DNA of 64,000 nt from an uncultured delta proteobacterium (GTDB taxonomy: Bacteria > Myxococcota_A > Polyangia > Polyangiales > Houyiibacteriaceae), in assembly GCA_963699755.1 (NCBI GenBank), contig CAVOVB010000001.1:704001-768000 (forward strand). Direction: 5' to 3'. The position numbers and the translations under genes were made by a program. Shown here in pieces: positions 48,407 to 57,102 of this stretch; position 1 is the first letter of the stretch; each line of letters begins with the position of its first letter. Below the pieces are notes generated by a model. The model did no database searches and was not told the DNA's origin. It saw only the letters and a list, made by a program, of their open reading frames with translations.

Positions 48407-49875
48407 CCCTCGAGAGACGCGTGGACCTCGTGGGCTGCCCGCGCTCCGGCGGAAATCGCTCCATCCATGTAGCCGCACCAGCGCTTGGCGCTCTCGGTGC
48501 CAGCCCAGAAGATCCGCCCGCTCGGTTTTCGCAGATGCTCGCCGCCGGCTGTGAGCACGCCCGGGGTCAGCGGGGTGATGCAGCCGGTGCTCCAGGGGTC
48601 GGCCGCCCAGTCCTTTTCGACGTAGCCGGTCGCATCGAGGGCTTTGGGCCCAAAATAGCGCTCGAGCTCCTTTTTCAATCCCGCCTCTCGCGCCTTGCGA
48701 TCGGCGAGCTGCGGACACTCGACCACCGAGAGGAAGCAACTGAGCACGCCGAGCGACCCGTCCTTCGGGGAATTGTCGAAGACCAGTTGGATCGGGCTTC
48801 GGTCGCTCTGCATCGCGCCGTTGAGCCCGTCCGCCCGCCAAAACGGGCGCTCGTACAACATGGCGGCCTTGATGAGTGGCAGGCGTGGCAGCCGCGACCA
48901 AGCGGTGGCGAGGTCTTGTCGAGGCTTCGGCAAGGCCGGTGCGAACTCGATGCGGGTCGTGTCGGCGGGCGCCATCGCGACGATGACACGGTCGGCGGTG
49001 AAGGTTTCGGCCGCGGTCACGATGCGCATCCGTTCCGGAGCCCGATCCTCGATGCGAAGCACGGGACGGCCGAGAAGGACGCGACCGCCGAGCTCGGCCG
49101 CCATTCGCTCCGAGATGACCTGCGAGCCTCCTTCGATGCGCTGGTCCTGAGCGCCCCCATCGTTCATGATCACCGGCAAGAGTCCTCCGGCCGAGCGGAG
49201 ATAGTGCAGGACCCAGAGGAGCGAGATGCGCTCGGGGTAGCCAGACCAGACCGCGCGGCTGATCAAACGAAATACCGAGGGCGTGAAGCTGGTTGCCACG
49301 TGCTCGCGGAGCCAGTCTCCCAAGGTGGTCTGGTCGAGCGTCGTCGCATCGTTCATGCGCCAAGGCTCGCCGACCGGCATCTTCTTGCTGAGGCGGTCGA
49401 GCTGCCAGGCGACTTTGGCGAAATCGGCTGCCTCAAAGAGGCTGACCTCAGGCAAGAGCCCGCGTGAGATGAGACCTTCGATGTCGTAGGTCGTGTCGCC
49501 CTCGTAGTACTGATCGAAGGCGCCGATCCCGAGCTCGTCGATCAGAGCGGCAATCGCGTCTTGCCCTGGTCCAATCCATTCGCCGCCAACTTCGACGATC
49601 TGTCCGCCTCCTATCGGCATGTTGAGCGTCCGGCCGCCCACGCGTTCCCGGGCTTCGAGGACCAGAAACGAATCCACGCCGCGTTTTTGAAGCTCGCGGC
49701 CGGCCATGAGACCCGAGAGCCCGCCGCCGATGACGATCACGTTCAGGTGGCGGGTCTCAGCAACTCCTTCATCGGGCGCGACGGCATGCACCAGAGCCGG
49801 CGCCCCGATCGAGGCCGCCGCCGCTGCGCCTCCGGTCACGTGGACGAACCGCCTGCGGCTCAATCGCTCGTTCAT
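48403..49875 (-). CDS. Flavin monoamine oxidase family protein with Tat signal
   Basis: MNERLSRRRFV; GGGLSG, EARERVGGRT, GGEWIG, WAGTE, GYMDGAI. Confidence 0.9.
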   Translation of the reverse strand: MNERLSRRRFVHVTGGAAAAASIGAPALVHAVAPDEGVAETRHLNVIVIGGGLSGLMAGRELQKRGVDSFLVLEARERVGGRTLNMPIGGGQIVEVGGEWIGPGQDAIAALIDELGIGAFDQYYEGDTTYDIEGLISRGLLPEVSLFEAADFAKVAWQLDRLSKKMPVGEPWRMNDATTLDQTTLGDWLREHVATSFTPSVFRLISRAVWSGYPERISLLWVLHYLRSAGGLLPVIMNDGGAQDQRIEGGSQVISERMAAELGGRVLLGRPVLRIEDRAPERMRIVTAAETFTADRVIVAMAPADTTRIEFAPALPKPRQDLATAWSRLPRLPLIKAAMLYERPFWRADGLNGAMQSDRSPIQLVFDNSPKDGSLGVLSCFLSVVECPQLADRKAREAGLKKELERYFGPKALDATGYVEKDWAADPWSTGCITPLTPGVLTAGGEHLRKPSGRIFWAGTESAKRWCGYMDGAISAGARAAHEVHASLEG

Positions 49876-50534
49876 GGTGCCGGGCACCCCTTCCCAGCGG
49901 CCAGCCAGGCGACGATGACGCGAAGCTGGTCGACCCTCATCGCATCCACCACACCTTGCATGATCGCATCGGCGTCGCCGCGCGTGCCCGCGGCCGCTTC
50001 TTCGAGACGACGCTCGAGGTACCGGGGGTATTGTCCGCAAAGTCGAGACGCAAATATGCCATCGCTTCCCTCTCCATGTGCGCCATGACACGAAGCACAG
50101 TGCTGGGCGTAGGCGCTCGCGCCTCGCGCTCGCTCATCTTCGCTGGCATGGCTCGGCGCGACCTCGATCTCGGGCAGCTCGGAGAGGTACTTTGCGATGT
50201 CGCCGATCTCTTCGGGCGGCAAGGTCCTCGCGTACGGATCCATCACCGGAAGGCGCATCATCCCTGCCCTCAGCCGATAGAGCTTGTTCTCGATCACCGC
50301 GCGCCGTTGCCCGGCCAGGCGCGGGATGGACCCGTCCGGCCTGCCACTGCCGTCGTGTAGATGACAAGAGGCGCAATGCGCATATGCAGCCGGCTCAGCG
50401 GCTGGCGTCTGGTCGTGTAAAACCTCGGCAATGCGCGCGGCCTCCGCCGCACTAGGCCCACGTGAGATCAGCCAGAACCCGACAACAAGGCAGAGCAAGA
50501 CGAGGAGCGCCACGACCGTGATGAACATGCGCAC
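49872..50534 (-). CDS. Di-haem cytochrome c (c4-like), membrane anchored
   Basis: N-terminal TM, two CASCH motifs, PRLAGQ, distal Met residues; ATGA overlap with the amine oxidase. Confidence 0.9.
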   Translation of the reverse strand: MRMFITVVALLVLLCLVVGFWLISRGPSAAEAARIAEVLHDQTPAAEPAAYAHCASCHLHDGSGRPDGSIPRLAGQRRAVIENKLYRLRAGMMRLPVMDPYARTLPPEEIGDIAKYLSELPEIEVAPSHASEDERARGASAYAQHCASCHGAHGEGSDGIFASRLCGQYPRYLERRLEEAAAGTRGDADAIMQGVVDAMRVDQLRVIVAWLAAGKGCPAP

Positions 50535-50566
50535 TGCGCGCGAGAGCTTACCAGAGGATTCGGGTC

Positions 50567-50902
50567 AGCGGCGGTTTCGAAATCGCTTTGGCCTGCCACT
50601 TCCGAATCGCTGCGCGCAGCGCGAAGATCGGTCTGCCGGAAGTCGAGCTTGGCGTCGTTCCCGCTCGGGGCGGAACGCAACGCCTGACCCGTACCGTTGG
50701 GCGCGCCAGAGCGCTCGAGATCATGCTGCTCGCGAAGAAGCTGAGCGCCGACGAAGCCTTCGCAGCGGGCTTGCTCACCGAGGTCTGCCAGCCGGACGAG
50801 CTCGACGAGCGAGTCCTCGAGCGCGTGATGACCTCGGAAGACTTGCGGGAAGGTGTGACTGCCTTGTTCCAGAAGCGGCCGCCCGCGTTCAAGGGCAAGT
50901 GA
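50567..50902 (+). pseudogene. Enoyl-CoA hydratase remnant
   Basis: SGGFEIALACHFRIA...GLPEVELG..P..GGTQRL...SEDLREG...KRPPAFKG; N-terminal part absent, apparent internal deletion. Confidence 0.75.
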
Positions 50903-50915
50903 GGCTGGGCATCGC

Positions 50916-52619
50916 CTATTTTCTAGCCAGCTTGGCCCAGGAGTCTTTGAGCTGAATGGTGCGGTTGTAGAGCGGGCGCTCCGGCGTGCTATCGGGGTCG
51001 ACGACGAAGTAGCCCAGGCGCTCGAATTGAACGCGTTCGCCGGCGCCGCGGGCGGCGAGGTTGGGCTCGAGCTTCGCGTGCGGGAGCACCTCGAGGGAGT
51101 CCGGGTTGATGCGTGAGGTGAAGTCGCCTTCGAGCGTTTCGTCCAGAGGGTTCTCTTCTTTGAAGAGGCGGTCATAGAGCCGGACTTCGGCGTCGATGGC
51201 GTGCTTTGCGCTGACCCAATGAATCGTCCCGCGCACTTTGCGACCGTCCGGCGCGTTGCCGCCTTTGGATGCCGGGTCCCAGCTACAACGGAGCTCCACC
51301 ACGTTCCCCGCATCGTCTTTGATGACTTCCTTGCAGGTCACCAGTGCACCGTAGCGGAGACGCACCTCCGTGCCCGGCGCCATGCGAAACCACTTTTTCA
51401 TCGGTTCTTCCATGAAGTCGTCGCGCTCGATGAACAGCTCACGCGTGAGGTGCAGGCGCCGCGAGCCGAAGCTCTCGTCGTCCGGGCTGAAGGGCGCCTG
51501 AACCTCGACCTCCTCGTTCTCCGGGAAGTTCTCGAGCACCAGCTTCAGAGGACGCAAGACAGCCATTGTGCGTGGCGAAGTCGCGTTCAGGTCTTCGCGA
51601 AGCGCATGCTCCAAAAGTCCCACGTCGACGATGCTGTCCCGGCGCGAAACCCCGATCCGCTCCGCAAAGCGTCGGATTGCGGCGGGCGTGTACCCTCGAC
51701 GTCGCATACCCGCGATGGTCGGCATCCGCGGATCATCCCAACCGCTCACATGACCCTCTTCCACGAGTCGCTTGAGCAAGCGCTTGCTCATCACCGTGTA
51801 GGTCAGGTTCAGGCGCGCGAACTCGTACTGCCAAGGCATCGGGTCGAAGTCGAAGTGCGAGACGAACCACTGATAGAGCGGGTTATGGTGCGCGAATTCG
51901 AGAGTGCACACCGAGTGTGTGATCCCCTCGAAGCCATCGGACATCGGATGCGCGTAGTCGTACATCGGGTAGATGCACCAGTCGTCACCGGTCCGGTGGT
52001 GCGTCACTTTGCGAATGCGATACATCAGTGGGTCACGGAGGTTGACGTCCTTCGAGGCCATGTCGATCCTCGCCCGGAGGACGTGAGTGCCTTCTTCGAA
52101 CTTGCCGGCACGCATGCCCGCGAAGAGCTCCAGATTCTCCTCGACGCTTCGGTCGCGGTACGGGCTGTTCACACCCGGCCTGTAGAAATCGCCGCGTCCC
52201 TGGCGGATCTCCTCGAGGTTCTGGCTATCGACATATGCCAGTCCGCGCTTGATGAGGTTCACGGCGCAGTCGTAGAGCTTCTCGAAATAGTCGGACGCGA
52301 AGTACTCGTGACTCCCCCAGTCGAAGCCGAGCCAGCGCACGTCCTCACGAATCGATTCGACGTACTCGATGTCTTCTGCTTCCGGGTTGGTATCGTCGAA
52401 GCGCAGATGGCAGCGTCCGTCTTCGGAGAGCTCTGCGGTGGTGAAATTCAAGCAGATCGACTTCGCATGCCCGATGTGCAGGTACCCGTTCGGCTCCGGA
52501 GGAAACCGTGTCACGACCTTGCCCCCATGCTTCCGAGTGCGGATGTCTTCCCTCACCAAGTCATGGATGAAGTTCGGCGCGTTCTCCTGCCCTTCGGCCC
52601 TGCCATTTGGCTCGTTCAT
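50916..52619 (-). CDS. glnS: Glutamine--tRNA ligase
   Basis: TRFPPEPNGYLHIGHAKS, WCIYPMYD, MSKR, GWDDPRMPT, QFERLGYF. Confidence 0.96.
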   Translation of the reverse strand: MNEPNGRAEGQENAPNFIHDLVREDIRTRKHGGKVVTRFPPEPNGYLHIGHAKSICLNFTTAELSEDGRCHLRFDDTNPEAEDIEYVESIREDVRWLGFDWGSHEYFASDYFEKLYDCAVNLIKRGLAYVDSQNLEEIRQGRGDFYRPGVNSPYRDRSVEENLELFAGMRAGKFEEGTHVLRARIDMASKDVNLRDPLMYRIRKVTHHRTGDDWCIYPMYDYAHPMSDGFEGITHSVCTLEFAHHNPLYQWFVSHFDFDPMPWQYEFARLNLTYTVMSKRLLKRLVEEGHVSGWDDPRMPTIAGMRRRGYTPAAIRRFAERIGVSRRDSIVDVGLLEHALREDLNATSPRTMAVLRPLKLVLENFPENEEVEVQAPFSPDDESFGSRRLHLTRELFIERDDFMEEPMKKWFRMAPGTEVRLRYGALVTCKEVIKDDAGNVVELRCSWDPASKGGNAPDGRKVRGTIHWVSAKHAIDAEVRLYDRLFKEENPLDETLEGDFTSRINPDSLEVLPHAKLEPNLAARGAGERVQFERLGYFVVDPDSTPERPLYNRTIQLKDSWAKLARK

Positions 52620-52726
52620 GCCGCAGGTCTAGCGCGCTTTTGGCCCCAATGCCGCATTCGCTTCGACCATGGCGCTCCGCCGTCCCAGCTGTGGCGCTTG
52701 CCGCGAGCGGGACTATCCTTGGGCGC

Positions 52727-53074
52727 ATGATTTCGAAGATCATCCTCGCGCTCCTGGCGATCGTCGTCGTGTTCGTGGTCTACCAGCGCTTCACCGCGGT
52801 TAGGATTTCCGGAAGTGACGCCCATTCTCTCGTCGCCAACGGAGCAATGCTCGTCGATGTCCGTAGCGCAGGGGAGTTTTCGGGAGGTCACATCGACGGT
52901 GCCCTCAACATTCCCATTCAGGAGCTTTCGGGACGCATGGGCGAGCTCGGCGACAAGAGCGGCAAGATCGTCGTGTACTGCCAAAGCGGCGCTCGTAGCG
53001 CCATGGCCAAGCGGCTCCTCGAAAGCAACGGCTTCACCGAAGTCCACGACATGGGCGGCATCGGACGCTGGTGA
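52727..53074 (+). CDS. Rhodanese-like protein, membrane anchored
   Basis: ATG 52727; LVDVR..EF..GHIDGA, YCQSGARS, GGIGRW. Confidence 0.88.
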   Translation: MISKIILALLAIVVVFVVYQRFTAVRISGSDAHSLVANGAMLVDVRSAGEFSGGHIDGALNIPIQELSGRMGELGDKSGKIVVYCQSGARSAMAKRLLESNGFTEVHDMGGIGRW

Positions 53075-53079
53075 GGGCT

Positions 53080-53286
53080 ATGTCCGACCCCTACCGATGC
53101 GCCGATTGCGATCTCGAGTTCGTCCCTGAAGATGCGGGGGACGATCCGCGCTGTCCGAAGTGCACCCGCACCGAGGCGGTAGAGCCCGCTAACGAGTCCG
53201 CGCTCCAAAGCGACATCTGGCGTCAATGGCTCCTGGTATTCGCTCTACTCTTCATCGCTGGCATCGCATATCTGGTTTTCGAATGA
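53080..53286 (+). CDS. Small zinc-ribbon membrane protein
   Basis: YRCADC...RCPKC, C-terminal TM; ATGA overlap with next gene. Confidence 0.7.
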   Translation: MSDPYRCADCDLEFVPEDAGDDPRCPKCTRTEAVEPANESALQSDIWRQWLLVFALLFIAGIAYLVFE

Positions 53287-53978
53287 CCATTCACATCTCC
53301 TATGTATCGGACGTCTTGTGCATCTGGGCCTACATAGCCGAAGCTCGGCTAGATCAACTGCGCAAGGAATTCGGATCGTCGATCGACCTCGAGTACCGCT
53401 TCATCCCGATCTTCGGTGCCACGCGACATCGAATCGCGGAAGGTTGGAAGAAGCGAGGGGGCTATGCCGGCTTCGGCGCGCACGTGCTGGAGGTCGCCAA
53501 GGGCTTCCCGCACGTTGCGGTGAACGAGCGGGTGTGGAGTCAAGTTGCTCCGACCACTTCATCGGCGGCCCACGAAATGCTCTGCGCTGCGCGACTGCTG
53601 GTCGACGAAGGCGTCGTGGACTCGGCGCGGCACCAGGAGCTCGGCGGACGCACAGTCTTCGAAGAGGCCGCTTGGCAGGTCCGCACGGCCTTTTTCGAGC
53701 AAGCCCGCGATGTCTCGAATCGGGGCGTGCTCCTAGACGTCCTCGGGCAGGCAGGGCTTCCCAGGTCAGCCATCGAAGCGAAGCTGAGCAGCGGCGAAGC
53801 GATGGCCGAGCTCTGCCGTGACATCGAGCTCCGGGACGAGTACAAGATCGAAGGCAGCCCCACCTATTACCTGAACCAAGGTCGACAAAAGCTCTACGGC
53901 AACGTCGGCTATCGGGTGGTGTCTGCAAACCTGCGCGAGCTCCTAGAACGGCCGGGTCACCAGGCGTCCTGGTGCTGA
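53283..53978 (+). CDS. DsbA/FrnE-like thioredoxin-fold protein
   Basis: SDVLCIWAY, AFFEQARD, IEGSPTY, LYGNVGYR. Confidence 0.82.
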   Translation: MTIHISYVSDVLCIWAYIAEARLDQLRKEFGSSIDLEYRFIPIFGATRHRIAEGWKKRGGYAGFGAHVLEVAKGFPHVAVNERVWSQVAPTTSSAAHEMLCAARLLVDEGVVDSARHQELGGRTVFEEAAWQVRTAFFEQARDVSNRGVLLDVLGQAGLPRSAIEAKLSSGEAMAELCRDIELRDEYKIEGSPTYYLNQGRQKLYGNVGYRVVSANLRELLERPGHQASWC

Positions 53979-54006
53979 GCTCGCCCTCGGAGCCCGCGCG
54001 GTCGAC

Positions 54007-54159
54007 TCAGTGGATCGACTCCCGCCCTTCTGCTCCGCTGGCGCTGACCGGGTCGCGGCCGAGAAGCCGCATGATCCCCAGTGCCAGGCCACCACCCGCG
54101 AGGGCAGCAACGTGGAGCGCGACGATGGACATGATGACGATGAGTAGCTCTGTATCCAT
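54007..54159 (-). CDS. Possible small membrane protein
   Basis: MDTELLIVIMSIVALHVAALAGGGLALGIMRLL...; single hydrophobic helix. Confidence 0.4.
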   Translation of the reverse strand: MDTELLIVIMSIVALHVAALAGGGLALGIMRLLGRDPVSASGAEGRESIH

Positions 54160-54416
54160 GGGAAACCCCCAATCGGCCCGGCGGAACACTTGCTGGGGCG
54201 TATGACCCGCCTGCCTCAGCCACTAGCTTGGATACGACGACGCAGCGCGTCAAGTATTAAGGCTGCAATTTTCCGATAATAATGTTGCTTAATGTTGGAA
54301 AACGCAATGATCTCCTGGACCTTCGGGCGAGGGTTCGGCGCTTGCCGACTGTCTCAGGACAGCTCTGGAAGGCCGGCAAGCCGCCTCCGCAGCAGCGATG
54401 CGCGCCCCTGCTGCGG

Positions 54417-55850
54417 TCAGGCTGTGTGCGTCCCGCTATTCGCCCGAGGCCGGTTGCGCTGCTCGACCCTCACCGGCGCGCCCTCCCTGAACCGCACCTT
54501 CATCTGCATGCCACGCTCGCCCGGGTTCAACGAGATCTCTGCATTGAAGTCCGGTTCGAAGCCCTCGACGAGATTGACGTCGACGTTCTGAATCAGCGTC
54601 CCGAGAACGATCCGCATCTCCATCATGGCGAACTGCTTGCCGAGGCAGACCCTCGGCCCCGCCGCGAAGGGCACGTAGGCGCCCTTCGGGAGCTCACGCT
54701 CGAACTCGCGCGTCCAGCGCTCGGGCCGGTATTCGAGGGGATGGTCGAAGTACTTGGCGTTTCGGCCGGTCGCGAGCGGGCTGATCGCGAGGATCGCGCC
54801 CTTAGGAAAGAAGTAGTCGCCGAGACGCAGATCCCGCTGCGCCTCGCGCGCGTAGATCCAGACGGCCGGAAGTCTGCGAAGCGATTCCTTGAGGCACATT
54901 TCGAGGTACGGCAGGTCTCGAAGGTCCTCGATGGCGATTGGCCTGCCGCCAATGGTTTCGTCGATCTCCTGCTGCGCCTTCGCCAGCTTGTCCCGATTGG
55001 TCGCCAGCAAGTACCAGGCCCAGGTCAGGGTGTGGGCAGTGGTCTCGTGGCCGGCGAAGATGAGCGTCATCAGCTCATCCCGCATCTGCTGGTCTGGCAT
55101 GCTGCCCTGCCCGTCGGTCGCGAACACGATGTGCGACATCAGGTCGCCGTGGTCTGTGCGGTCCTTTCGACGCGCGGCAATGAGCCGTTCGATGACGCCG
55201 TCCATCGAGTCGAGCGCGCGTACCATGCGCTTGTTGCGCTCGGAGGGCCACCAACGCGGGGTCGGGATAGGCGTTTGAGCATGGTCGATCAGCGCTTCGC
55301 TGATGTCTTTCATCGCCTGATGCACCGTCTGCGAATCGTGCGCAAGGTCTGTATCGAACAGAGTCTTCGCAACGATGCGAAGCGTGAGCTCGACCATCTC
55401 TTCTCGAAAGTCACGCTGTTCTCCGTCCTTCCAAGCTTCAATCATGTCGCGCGTGTACTCGGCCATCGTTGGCGCATAGGCGTCGACGCGCATCTTGTGG
55501 AAGCCAGGCATGATCAACTTGTGTTGCCGCTTCCATGACTCGCCGTCGTTTGGGACCAGCCCGTTGCCGAGGAACGGCTTCCACATCTGCTTGACCACCT
55601 TGGGCTTGTAGATGTGCTTGGCCTCCGTGACGTTGATTGCGTTGACGACCGCCGGGTCGCGGATGAAATAGGACTGGCCGGTCAAGACCCGGGTCACGAA
55701 GACATCGCCGTACTTATCGTGCGCCTCGAGCACGAACTCGGCGGGATTGCGCTGGAAGTCGAAGGTTCCGCCCCAGAGCCAGTGGCCTTTATGGCGTGGC
55801 ATCGGCTTGGGCGCGGATAGATCGTCTCGTCTGTCGAGGAGTAGCGTCAT
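54417..55850 (-). CDS. Cytochrome P450
   Basis: FAGHETTA, ESLR, PERW, PFAAGPRVCLG. Confidence 0.93.
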   Translation of the reverse strand: MTLLLDRRDDLSAPKPMPRHKGHWLWGGTFDFQRNPAEFVLEAHDKYGDVFVTRVLTGQSYFIRDPAVVNAINVTEAKHIYKPKVVKQMWKPFLGNGLVPNDGESWKRQHKLIMPGFHKMRVDAYAPTMAEYTRDMIEAWKDGEQRDFREEMVELTLRIVAKTLFDTDLAHDSQTVHQAMKDISEALIDHAQTPIPTPRWWPSERNKRMVRALDSMDGVIERLIAARRKDRTDHGDLMSHIVFATDGQGSMPDQQMRDELMTLIFAGHETTAHTLTWAWYLLATNRDKLAKAQQEIDETIGGRPIAIEDLRDLPYLEMCLKESLRRLPAVWIYAREAQRDLRLGDYFFPKGAILAISPLATGRNAKYFDHPLEYRPERWTREFERELPKGAYVPFAAGPRVCLGKQFAMMEMRIVLGTLIQNVDVNLVEGFEPDFNAEISLNPGERGMQMKVRFREGAPVRVEQRNRPRANSGTHTA

Positions 55851-55869
55851 TTACTTTACGTAAAGTAAA
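55850..55869. promoter_or_regulatory. Perfect 20-bp palindrome at the P450 start (putative operator)
   Basis: TTTACTTTAC|GTAAAGTAAA, AT-rich in GC-rich DNA, includes the A of the ATG. Confidence 0.65.
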
Positions 55870-55966
55870 CTACGTGTCTCCTAGGTGCAAGTGAGCAATC
55901 GGTAGCTCTCGCCCGAGTCGTCCGCGACGCGCAGCCCCCGACGACCAAGCAACCCCGCAGGCACGC

Positions 55967-56356
55967 CTAGTACCAGATCCGGCCGCTCGAGGAGTCCCCG
56001 AAAAGCAAGCCGCGCGAAGGGCTCGGCGGGTTGCCCTGGTCGACTTCCCAGCTGCGCGTCACCGAGGCCGGATTCCAGAGATCGCCCTGCGTGCCTGGCT
56101 GATCGGAGAGCTCGTGAGGCACCGTCTCGACAGCTTCGGCGCCAGCGCTCCAAAGCCCACCGAGGCTCTGTTCTGCGTAGCGTGGGGTTTCGAGCCCTTG
56201 GCTCGGTGCCGCTTCGGTGCCGACCCAGAGCCCGTCGAGCCCCCCTTGGTTCTTGAACTGGGCGGCGAGGCTCGAGCTCGGTTGCAGCGCGAGGCCGGAG
56301 CAACCGACCGTGCCAAGCGAGAGGACGACCCCGAGTGTGAGTACTGACTTGTGCAT
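55967..56356 (-). CDS. Small lipoprotein with G-x-L-W repeats
   Basis: AGGAGG RBS, lipobox TVGC, repeated DGLW/GGLW/GDLW/GRIW. Confidence 0.75.
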   Translation of the reverse strand: MHKSVLTLGVVLSLGTVGCSGLALQPSSSLAAQFKNQGGLDGLWVGTEAAPSQGLETPRYAEQSLGGLWSAGAEAVETVPHELSDQPGTQGDLWNPASVTRSWEVDQGNPPSPSRGLLFGDSSSGRIWY

Positions 56357-56368
56357 GTTGACCTCCTG

Positions 56369-56430
56369 ATGTATTCACTGTATACATATATGTATACGGC
56401 GTTCACTTTCAATGTCAACACTGTTTACTC
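56369..56430. promoter_or_regulatory. Three tandem imperfect palindromes (putative TetR operators)
   Basis: ATGTATTCACTGTATACAT (56369), ATGTATACGGCGTTCACTT (56390), ATGTCAACACTGTTTACTC (56412). Confidence 0.65.
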
Positions 56431-56458
56431 AGCCGCCCCAATTAAGTTACATTCAGCC

Positions 56459-57061
56459 ATGGCAACCGCTAGAAAAGCTTATCATCACGGAGAATTACGT
56501 GAATCCCTGCTCGAAGCCGCCCAGGGCCTGCTCGAAGAGGACGGTCCGGGCGGTCTTTCCCTGAGGGAGGTCGGGCGCCGACTCGGCGTCACCCCCGGAG
56601 CTCCGTATCGCCATTTCGAGGACAAGGAGTCGATCCTGGCCGCCCTGGCGATCCGCGGCTTCGAGCGCCTTCGCGAGATGATGGGTGCCGAGCAAGACGA
56701 CGGCGCTGGTGGCGAAGTGCGGCTCCGACGAGCCGGCCTCGGCTACCTCGAGTTCGCATCGGAGAACCCGGAGCTCTTCCGACTGATGTTTGGCTGGATG
56801 CCTTCGCGTGACATCCCTGAGCTCTGCGAGGCAGGCGATGCAGCCTTCGCCGGCCTTCAAGGGATCCTCGAAGCCTGCGAGCGAGAGGGCGTGTTGACCC
56901 GAAGCGTGCAGGAGGCCGCCCTCCTCGCCTGGTCCGCCGTCCACGGCGCCGCGTTCCTCTTGATCGACAAGCGCCTCATCCTCGGAGAGAGTGAGCCCTG
57001 CGCGAAAGGCGTTTTGGAACGCCTTCACGATGGCATTTGGTCTGGAATCGGACGCCGATGA
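56459..57061 (+). CDS. TetR/AcrR family regulator (WHG-type C-terminal domain)
   Basis: ATG 56459; YHHGELR, LSLREVGRRLGVT.GAPYRHF.DK, WSAVHG. Confidence 0.92.
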   Translation: MATARKAYHHGELRESLLEAAQGLLEEDGPGGLSLREVGRRLGVTPGAPYRHFEDKESILAALAIRGFERLREMMGAEQDDGAGGEVRLRRAGLGYLEFASENPELFRLMFGWMPSRDIPELCEAGDAAFAGLQGILEACEREGVLTRSVQEAALLAWSAVHGAAFLLIDKRLILGESEPCAKGVLERLHDGIWSGIGRR

Positions 57062-57102
57062 TGAATTGCGCCGTGGCGCCAAAACAAAGATAGTTACGCG
57101 CC

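Noticed and set aside
44486..52730. Long antisense or alternate-frame ORFs (e.g. 44486-46255, 47540-49363, 51201-52730)
   Set aside because: Shadow ORFs typical of high-GC DNA; they overlap well-supported genes and lack motifs.
54417..56356. P450-modified RiPP cluster (small Trp-rich ORF next to a P450)
   Set aside because: The ORF has a lipoprotein signal, the P450 has a canonical AGHETT I-helix, and I found no short precursor ORF with a start codon in 55851-55966.
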